DNA from: the human T2T-CHM13v2.0 reference genome, Homo sapiens
Direction: 5' to 3' (one strand)
Length of the DNA stretch: 64,000 bases
NCBI RefSeq assembly: GCF_009914755.1
Contig: NC_060930.1
Shown piece after piece: positions 54,748 to 64,000 of this stretch. The notes under the pieces were generated by a model. It did no database searches. It was given only the letters and a program-made list of their open reading frames with translations, and had not been told where the DNA came from. The position numbers and the translations under genes were made by a program. The stretch's first letter is position 1. Each line of letters opens with the position of its first letter.

Positions 54748-57700
54748 TAGGAATAACTCAGACATATTGCAAGTTCAGTTCCAGACCACCGATAATCTGA
54801 TCATCAAAATAAAGTGAATCACATTAATTTTTTTCTGCAGTGCGTGAAGAAGTTGTGTTTACACTATACTGTAGTCTATTATGTGTGCAATAGCATAATA
54901 GCATTATGTCTAAAAAATATATATTCCTTAATAAAAAGATCTTATTGCTAAAAAATTCTAACAATCATCTGATCTTCTAGGGGGTAGTAATTATTTTTAC
55001 TGGTGAAGGGTCTTGCCTCAATTTTGATGGCTGCTAATTGATCAGCGTTGTGGTTGCTGAAGGTTGGGGTGGCTCTGACACCCAAGCTTATTTTACAAAA
55101 TAAGACAACAAGAAAGCTTGGTGTATCAATTGACTCAGCTTTTCACAAAATATTTCTCTGCATCATGTAATGATATTTGATGGCATTTTACCTGCAGTAG
55201 AACTTATTCCAAAATTAAATTAAGTTCTCTTAAACCTTGCTACTGCTTTATCAACTAAGTTTATGTAATATTTGAAATACTTTGTTGTCATCTCAACAAG
55301 CATTTTCAGTAGACTCCATCTCAAAAAAAGCAATTTCTTTGCACATCCATAAGAAGCAGACTCATCCATCCATTCAAATGTAATCATGATACTGCAACAA
55401 TTCAGTCATATCTTCAAATGCCACCTTTAATTCAAGTTATTTTACTCTTTTCATCATATCTGCCATGACTTCCTCCACTGAAGTCTTCAACCCCTCAAAG
55501 CCATCCATGAGTACTGGAATCAACTTATTCTAAACTCTTGCTAATGTTTATATTGTGACCTCCTCTGATGCGTCACAAATGTTGTCAAGGGCATCTAAAA
55601 TAGTGAATTATTTCCAAAAGGTCTGGTTTGCCCAGATCCATCAGATAAATTCACTTTATACAGCATTTATAGACTTACAGAGTGTATTTTTTTCTTTTTT
55701 TGTATACTTTAAGTTCTAGGGTACATGTGCACAATGGGCAGGTTTGTTACACAGGTATACATGTGCCATGTTGGTTTGCTGCACCCATTAACTCATCATT
55801 TACATTGGGTGTTTCTCCTAATGCTATCCCTTCCCCAGCCTCCCACCCCATGACAGGCCCCAGTGTGTGATATTCCCCTCCCTGTGTCCAAGTGTTCTCA
55901 TTGTTCAACTCCCATCTATGAGTGAGAACATGCGGTGCCTGGTTTTCTGTCCTTGTGATAGTTTGCTCAGAATGATGATTTCCAGCTTCATCCATGTCCC
56001 TGCAAAGGACATGAACTCATCCTTTTTTATGGCTACATAGTATTCCATGGTGTATATGTGCCACATTTTCTTAATCCAGTCTATCAATGATGGACATTTG
56101 GGTTGGTTCCAAGTCTTTCCTATTTTGAGTAGTGCCGCAATAAACATATGTGTACATGTGCCTTTATAGTAGCATGATTTATAATCCTTTGGGTATATAT
56201 CCAGTAATGGGATTGCTGGGTCAAATGGTATTTCTAGTTCTAGATCCTTGAGGAATCGCCACACTGTCTTCCACAATGGTTGAACTAATTTACACTCCCA
56301 TCAACAGTGTAAAACTCTTCCTATTTCTCCACATCCTCTCCAGCATCTGTTGTTTCCTGACTTTTTAATGATCGCCATTCTAACTGGTGTGAGAGGGTAT
56401 CTCATTGTGGTTCTGATTTGCATTTCTCTGATGACCAATGATCATGAGCATTTTTTCATGTGTCTGTTGTCTGCATAAATGTCTTCTTTTGAGAAGTGTC
56501 TGCTCATATCCTTTGCCCACGTTTTGATGGGATGGTTTATTTTTTTCTTGAAAATTTGCTTAAGTTCTTTGTAGATTCTGGGTATTAGCCCTTTGTCAGA
56601 TGGGTAGATTACAAAAATTTTCTCCCATTCTGTAGGTTGCATGCTCACTCTGATGGTAGTTTCTTTTGCTGTGTGAAGCTCTTTAGTTTAATTAGATCCC
56701 ATTTGTCTATTTTGGCTGTTGTTGCCATTGCTTTTGGTGTTTTAGTCATGAAGTACTTGCCCATGCCTATGTCCTGAATGGTATTGCCTAGGTTTTCTTC
56801 TAGAGTTTTTATGGTTTCATGTCTAACATTTAAGTCTTTAATCCATCTTGAATTAATTTTTGTATAAGGTGTAAGAAAGGGATCCAGTTTCAGCTTTCTA
56901 CGTATGGCTAGCCAGTTTTCCCAGCATCATTTATTACATAGGGAATCATTTCCCCATTTCCTGTTTTTGTCAGGTTTGTCAAAGATCAGATGGTTGTAGA
57001 TGTGTGGTGTTATTTCTGAGGCCTCTGTTCTGTTGCATTGGTCTATATATCTGTTTTGGTACCAGTACCATGCTGTTTTGCTCACTGTAGCATTGTAGTA
57101 TAGTTTGAAGTCAGGTAGCGTGATCCCTCCAGCTTTGTTCTTTTTGCTTATAATTGGCCATACTGCCCAAGGTAATTTATAGATTCAATGCCATCCCCAT
57201 CAAGCTACCAATGACTTTTTCACAGAATTGGAAAAAACTACTTTAAAGTTCATCTGGAACCAAAAAAAGAGCCCACATTTCCAAGACAGAATGTATTTCT
57301 TAAGGAATAAATCTTGAAAATCAAAATTACTCCTTGGTTCATAGGCTACAGAAAAGATGTTGTGTTACTAGGCATGAAAAAGAAAAAAAAAATCTTCTTG
57401 TACATTATCAGACCTGTTGGGCAAATAGGTGCATTGTCAATGAGCATTGATATTTTATATCAATGAGCAGTATATCAAAACGGACAGCTTAAAATATTCA
57501 GTAAATCATGTTGCCAACAGATGTGCTGTCATTCAGGCTTTGTTGTCCCATTTATAGAGCACAGGTAGAGTAGACTTAGCATAGTTCTTAAGGGTCTTAG
57601 GATTTTCAGAATGGTAAAGGAGCACTGGCTTCAGCTTTAAGTCACTAGCTGCATTAACCCCTAACAAGAGAGTCAGCTTGTCCTTTGATGCTTTGAAGTC

Positions 57701-58677
57701 AGGTATTGACTTCTCCTCTCTAGCAAAGTCCTAAATTACATTGTCTTCCAAAAGAAGGCTGTTTCATCTACATTAAAAATCTTTCGTTTAGTGTAACCAC
57801 CTCCATCAATGATCTTAGCTAGATATGAATAACTTGCTGCTTTACCTTGCACTTTTATTTTATGAAGGCAGCCTTTTTCCTTAAACCTCATGAACCAACC
57901 TCTGCCAGCTTCAAACTTCTTCTGCAGCTTCCTCACCTCTTTCAGCCTCCACAGAATTGAAAAAAGTGAGTGCCTTCCTCTGGATTGAGTTTTGGCTTAA
58001 ATGAATGATGTGGCTGGTTTGAACTTCTATCTAGACCACTAAAACTTTCTGTATTTCAGCAATAAAACTGTTTCACATTCTTATCATCTGTGTGTTCACT
58101 TTTTATTTTTTTTCAAGAATTTTTCCTGTGCATTCATAACTTGGCTAAGTGTTTGGCACAAAAAGCTTAGTTTTTGGCTTGTCTCAGCTTTTGGCATGTC
58201 TTTCTCACTAAACTTAGTCATTTCTATCTGCTTTTGATTTAAAGCAAGGGACAAGACTCCTTCTTTAACTTGAACATTAGAGGCCGTTGTACAGTTACTA
58301 ATTGGCCTAATTTAAATATTGTGGTATAGTAGGGAATTGGGAGGAAATGGCCCATATGTAGAGCAGTCAGAATACACACAACATTAATCAGTTAAGTTCA
58401 CTATTGTATATGTTTTTGGTGCCCAAAAACAATTACAGTAGGAACATCAAAAATTATTGATCACAAATTACTATAACAAATATAATAATAATGCAGAAGT
58501 TTAGAATATTGCTAGAATTTCCAAATTTGACAGAAAGACACAGAGAGAACACATGGTGTTAAAAAATGGTGCCAGTTGACTTGCTCAATGCAGGGTTGCT
58601 ACAAACCTTCACTTCATAAAAAATTCAATATCTGAGAAATGTAATAAAGCCAAGCACAATAAAAAGAGGTATGCCTG
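54748..58677 (-). mobile_element. Tigger1 (TcMar-Tigger) DNA transposon, near full length, interrupted by L1PA
   Basis: Both termini present (degenerate taggaataactc; gaggtatgcctg) with TA flanks. ORF 57736-57936 'FEAGRGWFMRFKE...IFNVDETAFFWK' is pogo/Tigger transposase. About 2.3 kb after removing the L1. Confidence 0.95.
55687..57288 (-). mobile_element. L1PA (approx. PA5-7), 5'-truncated with 5' inversion
   Basis: Poly-T, 3'UTR, ORF2 C-terminus (ORF 55905-56276 'WKTVWRFLKDLELEIPFDPAIPLL'). Inverted segment ~57152-57288. TSD acagagtgtattt/acagaatgtattt. Confidence 0.96.
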
Positions 58678-58739
58678 TAAATGGAAACTAATAGGTACTT
58701 TCTAAATATGAAATTTCTAGTAATAGCTTACGGTTAAAG

Positions 58740-58952
58740 CAAAGGTTCTCAAAAGGAGGAGATTTTCTTTCCATGGATCATTTGGTGATGTACGGAAACA
58801 TGTTTAGCTGTTGCAACTTGAGGGTGGAGAATGCCACTGACATCAATTGGATAGAGTCCAGGGATGTTAATAAATATCATACAATGCAGAGGTTAGCAAG
58901 AAATTAATTATATAGACCAAAATTGCAATAATACAGAGGATACAAAATCCTT
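58740..58952. mobile_element. MER20 (hAT-Charlie MITE)
   Basis: 'ggttctcaa...catttggtgatgt..ggaaacat...atgccactgacatc...gatagagtccagggatg..aaatatc.tacaatgca'. TSD ggttaaag/gtttaaag. Confidence 0.85.
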
Positions 58953-59076
58953 GTTTAAAGGTAAATGAAATTTGACATTGAAATAGGGTGGAGGTTTTGA
59001 TATTGTTAAACAGCAGTAGGATTGTAAATCTCAGACTATAGCATTTTAATCTAGTTTGATAGAGATGTCATGTGTT

Positions 59077-62000
59077 CTTTTTATTTAAAAATATTTTTAT
59101 TTGTAATTGATGAGTAATAATTGTATACATATATGGGTACAATGTGATGTTTTGAAGCATGTATATAGTGTGCAATGATCAAATCAGGCTAATCAATATA
59201 TTCATCACCTAAAATATTTATCATTTATTTGTAATGAAAACATTTTAAATCCTCTCTTTTGCCTATTTTTAAATATAAAATAAATAATATTCTTATTAAC
59301 TATAGTCATCATGCTGCACACCAGGTTACCAGAACTTATTCTTTCTAACTAAAACTTTTTGCATCCTTTGAGCAATATCTCCCCTTTCCTGATTCACTCT
59401 CCAACCAAACCTAACTTCTATGAGTTTGACTTTTTTAGATTTTACACATAAATGAGATCAGACAGTATTTATCTCTCTGTGCTTGGCGTATTTCCCTTAG
59501 TATAATGTCCCCAAGTTCATTCATGTTGTATAAAATGACATAATTTCCTGCTTTTTTAAGGCTGAATAGGTTTCTATTGTGTATCTATGCCACATGTTTT
59601 AAGCCATTCATCTGTTGATTGACACTTTGTTTTTGTATCTTGACTATCGTGAATAATGCTGTGATGAACATGGGAGTGTCAATGCCTCTTCAACATATTT
59701 ATTTCAACAGATGTGCTGTCATTCAGCAGATGTGCTGTCATTCAATTCCTTTGGATATGTGCCTGGAAGTACAATTGCTGGATCATATGGTAATTCTATT
59801 TGTAGTTTCTGAGGAAACTTTATACTGTTTTTTAAAATGGCTGTGCACATTACAATACCACCAACAGTGGGAAAGAGTTTCCTTTTCTCTACATCCTCAC
59901 ATTTATTAGCTTTAGTCATTTTGTTAATGGGTATAAGGTGATAACTCATGTGGTTGCAATTTGCATTTTCCTGATTATTAGTTTTTTTTGAGCATTTGTC
60001 ATATATATGTTGGCCATTTTTATGTCTTCTTTTGAGAAATGTCTATTCAGGTCCTTTGTCCATTGTTCAATAGGGTTATTTGTTTTCTTATTATTGTATA
60101 GTTTGAGTTCATCAAATATTTTGAATATTAGCCTCTTACTCAATGTATCATTTGAAAATACTTTCTTCCAATCTTTAAGTCATATCTTAACTCTCTTGTT
60201 TCCTTTATTGTTTGGAAGCTTTTTGGTTTGATGTAATGTAATTTGTCTATTTTTGCTTTTGTGGCCGGCAATTTTGGGGTCTTATCTGTGAAATCACTAC
60301 CCAGACCAGTATTATGGAGGTTTTCCCCTGTGTTTTGTATTTTCTTCTAGTAGTTTTGCAATTTCAGATCTTATGTTTACATGTTTAATCCATTTTGAAT
60401 TGATTCTTACATAAGGGGTAAGATAAGGTTTCATTTTTATTCTTCTGCACATGGATATCCAACTCATAACATCATTTACTAAAAAGATTATCCTTTCTCC
60501 ATTGTATGTTCTTGGCACTTTTGTCAGAAATTAATCGACCATAGCTGTGTGGATTTATTTTTGGGCTTTTAATCCTATTCTATTTGTTAATGTGTCGTTT
60601 TTATGACAGTATCATGTTGTTTTGAATCCTATAGCTTTATAATGTATTTTGAAATCTGCTAGTGTGATGCCTTCAGTTTTTGGGTTTTGGTCAAAATTAC
60701 TTTGGCTATTTGGCGCCTTTTGTGGTTCCACACAAATTATAGAATTCTTTTTTCTATTTTGGTGAAGAATAACAGAATTAATAGTAATTGCATTGAATAT
60801 GTTGATAGCTTGGGCAGTATGGACATTTTAACAATACTAAGTCTTTCAATCTATGAACATGGGATATGCCATTTATTTGTGTCCTCTTCAACTTTTTTCA
60901 ACAATGTTATATAGTTTTCAGTATATAGCTCTTTCACCTCCTTGGGTGAGTTGAATCATAATTAATTTATTTTTATGCTATTACAAATGGGACTTTTAAA
61001 ATTTCTTTTTCAGCTAGTTTATTGTGAGCGTGCTACTGATTTTTGTGGGTTAATTTTTTATCCTGCAACTTTACTGAATTTGTTTATCAGTTCTAACAGT
61101 TTCTTGGTACAGTCTTTAGATTTCCCGTATATAAGATTATGTCACCTGCAAATAGAGATAATTTTACTACCTCTTCCATTTGGATGCCTTTGCTTATTTT
61201 TCTTTCCTAATTGCTCTGGCTAGAACTTTTTGTTGAACAGAAGTGATAAAAGTAGGAATAGTTGTTTTATTCTTGATCTTAGAAGAAAAGCCTTCAACTT
61301 TTCACTATGTATGATGTTAGCTGCGTCTTGACATATATGATCTTTATGGTGTTGAAGGACATTTCTTACATACTCAGTTTGTTGATAATTTTAATTATAA
61401 AAGGACATTGAATTTTGTCAAATGCCTTTTCTGTGTCTATTGAAATGATCATGTGGTTTCTGTCCTTCACTTTGTTATAACGGTATATCACATTTATTGA
61501 TTGACATATGTTGAACCACTCTTGCAACCCAGGGATCAATCCCATTTGATTGTGGTGAATGACCCATTTAATATACTGTTGAATATAGCTTGCTAGTATT
61601 TCATTGAGGACTTTTGCACTTATGTTCATCAGTGATGTTGGCTTGCAGTTTTCTTTCTTTTTTTTTTTTTGTAGCGTCTTTTTCTGGTTTTGGTATCAAT
61701 GTAATGCTGGCCTTGTAAAATGAGATTGGAAGCATTCCCTTCTTTTAGATTTTTTGAAATAGTTTGAGAGGAATTGATATTAGTTCTTCTTTAAATGTTT
61801 GGTAGAATCCAGTCATAAAATTATCTTATCCTGGGCTTTTCTTTGATAGGAGACTTTAATTAACAATTCAGTTTCCTGGATTGTTATTGGTCTGTTCAGA
61901 TTTACAATTTCTTTGTAATTCAGTCTTGGAAGGTTATATGTTTCTAGAAATTTATTTATTTATGAGGTTGTTGAATTTGTTGACATATAGTTATTCATAG

Positions 62001-62371
62001 TAGTTTCTTAGCTAACCTGTATTTCTCTGCTATAATATCTTCCCTTTCATTTCTAATTTTATTTATTTGAGGTTCTTCTCTTTTTCACCTGGTTAGTCTA
62101 GCTAAGTGTTTGTCAATTTTGTTTAGCTTTTCAAAAAACTGACTCTTAGAAAAACTGACTCAGTTTTGTTGATCTTTTCTATTGTCTTTCTAGTTTCTGT
62201 TTCATTTATCTCTAGTCTGATATTTGCTGTCTCCTAACTTCTGCTAACATTGGGCTTAATTTGTTTCTTCTAGTTCCTTAAGGTGCAATGTTATGTTGCT
62301 TATTTGAGATATTTCTCCTGTTTTAATGCAGACATTTATTGCTATAATTTTTTTTCTTACAACTGATTTTG
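59077..62371 (-). mobile_element. L1MA-type LINE, 3'UTR plus most of ORF2
   Basis: 3' end 'taataattgtatacatatatgggtacaatgtgatgtttt...aatgatcaaatcagg'. ORF2 peptides in track ORFs 59719, 59946, 60312 and 61366 ('[25 protein letters not shown]...[14 protein letters not shown]'). Confidence 0.95.
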
Positions 62372-64000
62372 GAGTTTCTGGAGATTTATCTTGTTCTTTC
62401 ATTTGAATTGTATTTTCTTGTTTCTTCACTTTTCTTGACCTTCTGTGTTGGTTTTTGTGCATCCGGTGCCTTGTAAAAATAACTGATTCTCTCAGTCTTG
62501 TCAGATTGTCCTCATATAGGATAAAAATCCCACTAATCTATTAGGCCAGAGAATTTAAGATACCTCTCAAATCTTTGTGTTTGTTAAAACTGCTATCTCT
62601 GTACTTGGTGGCCCCCTGGGGATTAGGATTTGTCATGTCCTATCAGAACCTTAAGACCAGTAAGGTAGAAGCCATACCCTCTTGATGTAGCTAGAAAGGT
62701 TGAGTATTGGATGTATGTTCCACTTCCTTCTATCTGCATGGTGAAGCTGAGTGCAGGCATTTATCTCTCACTGTCTTTGCATTCAGCTAGGGAGAAGATC
62801 TGTATCAAATGCCTATATTTGTGTTTAGGCTAGACTCTGTGATCCTGGAGATATAGCTGCTGGAAGTGGATCTGTTGTATGTCCACCTCTTTGTTTTCTG
62901 TAGTTTAGGGCCACTCAAGATACAAAACCCCATGACTCCCAGAGCTAGGTCATTAAAGAGACAGTTCCTTGTGAGGCTGGAGAATAGGGTCTGGAGGCAG
63001 GGAACCTAAGGTCGACTAACACTGACTTCCTAGTGCTAAGTCAAAGGGATAACCCAACTTTCCACACCCATGTAACAAAAGAACCAGAGTCTACTCCCTT
63101 TGCAATGCCCCTGGCCCTTTTCTGTATGGCTCATGAAAAATTGAAAATACCTCTGTTTGGTCCCTTCCTGCAACCCATCAGATGTTTGCATAGGGTGTAA
63201 CTTTGTAACTTCACTTCAGTCTCTGCAACCAATCAGACTTCTCACAAGCCACTGCTTCATTTACATAGGGTACAAACCAAGTAACCAATGGGACACCTCT
63301 AGAGGATATTTAAATCCCAGAAAATTCTGTAACCAGGGCTCTTGACCCTCTTGCTCTAGCCCTTTTCCACTCTGTGGAGTGTACTTTTATTTTAATAAAT
63401 CTTTGCTTTCATTGCTTCATTCTTTCCTTGATTTTTGTGTTCTGTCCAGTTCTTTGTTCAAAATGCCAAGAACCTGGACAACTGATAGTCATGACATTCC
63501 ACCAGTAACACTTGGGTAGGAGTTACAGACATTATGGCTCAGTGCAGAGAAAACTTTCTTACAGGACGAATGGGTACACCTGGATTTATCACTGTGGCAA
63601 GCTGAAAGAAAGCCTCTGAAGTGCCAAGCTCCAGTTTGGGCTGCCTGAGAGCTACTGTTTGCACCATTAGCTCCCCAGTGCAAGTTTATTAGAAGCCAGG
63701 CCCCTTAAGGAGCCAATGAAAGAGTATGCAATAAACTCCTTCCAGAGAGAAAATGGGAGCTGCATCTTCAAACCGCTTTGCTGCACTGTTCCTAGGAAGT
63801 TTAGCCCCTGGATGTGTTTGAGCACCTGTTTAAAACCACATCTCTATTCTGTGATCTGGGGAGGCTCCCGTATGTCTAGTCTCTTGTGCTCCCAGAGCTA
63901 AAAGTTTTAATATGCAGTCCCTCGGGTGGTTTTGTAAAAGTTACAATCCCTGTTTCGTGGCATAAATCTCTTCTAGGAAGAAACAGTGAGCTGTATTTTA
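62372..64000 (-). mobile_element. L1M 5' region (ORF1 start and 5'UTR), interrupted by MER51
   Basis: ORF 62256-62462 begins with an ORF1-like N-terminus 'HRRSRKVKKQENTIQMKEQDKSPE'. Sequence resumes after the MER51 TSD; the right boundary is uncertain. Confidence 0.6.
62972..63510 (+). mobile_element. MER51 (ERV1) solo LTR
   Basis: Starts tgaggctggagaatagggtctggaggcagggaacctaagg; CCAAT boxes; aataaa near 63393; ends 'ccaccagtaaca'. Perfect 4-bp TSD cttg. Confidence 0.92.

Noticed and set aside
57736-57936. Transposase/CENP-B-like ORF suggesting a TIGD gene
   Set aside because: Short remnant inside a decayed Tigger1 that is interrupted by an L1.
62134-62161. aaaaactgactc duplicated within L1MA
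   Set aside because: Trivial 12-bp slippage duplication inside a dead repeat.

Overview
AT-rich, CpG-depleted primate DNA, most likely human (it contains AluY/S/J, L1PA, THE1 and LTR12). It is non-coding, either intergenic or deep in an intron. I found no protein-coding gene, tRNA/rRNA, CpG island or CRISPR array. The protein-like ORFs in the track come from L1 ORF1/ORF2, Tigger transposase or antisense Alu. A large part of the window is recognisable interspersed repeat: 8 dimeric Alus plus a monomer, about 10 L1 pieces, solo LTRs (MLT1, MLT2, THE1, MER34-like, LTR40, LTR12, LTR1-like, MER51), DNA transposons (near-full-length Tigger1, MER1, MER58A, MER20, MER5, MER63) and MIR/L2/L3 relics, with several nested insertions. 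I see no novel multi-gene system. The most unusual signals are mutational scars: a doubled 22/18-bp templated insertion apparently copied from a Tigger1 2.2 kb away, a tailless internal L1 fragment with a target-site duplication, a twin-primed L1 inside Tigger1, and template-switch micro-duplications. Other points of interest are an intact LTR12 promoter, a strong minus-strand microexon or recursive-splice motif, and candidate enhancers. Subfamily names come from remembered consensus sequences, not from a database search.
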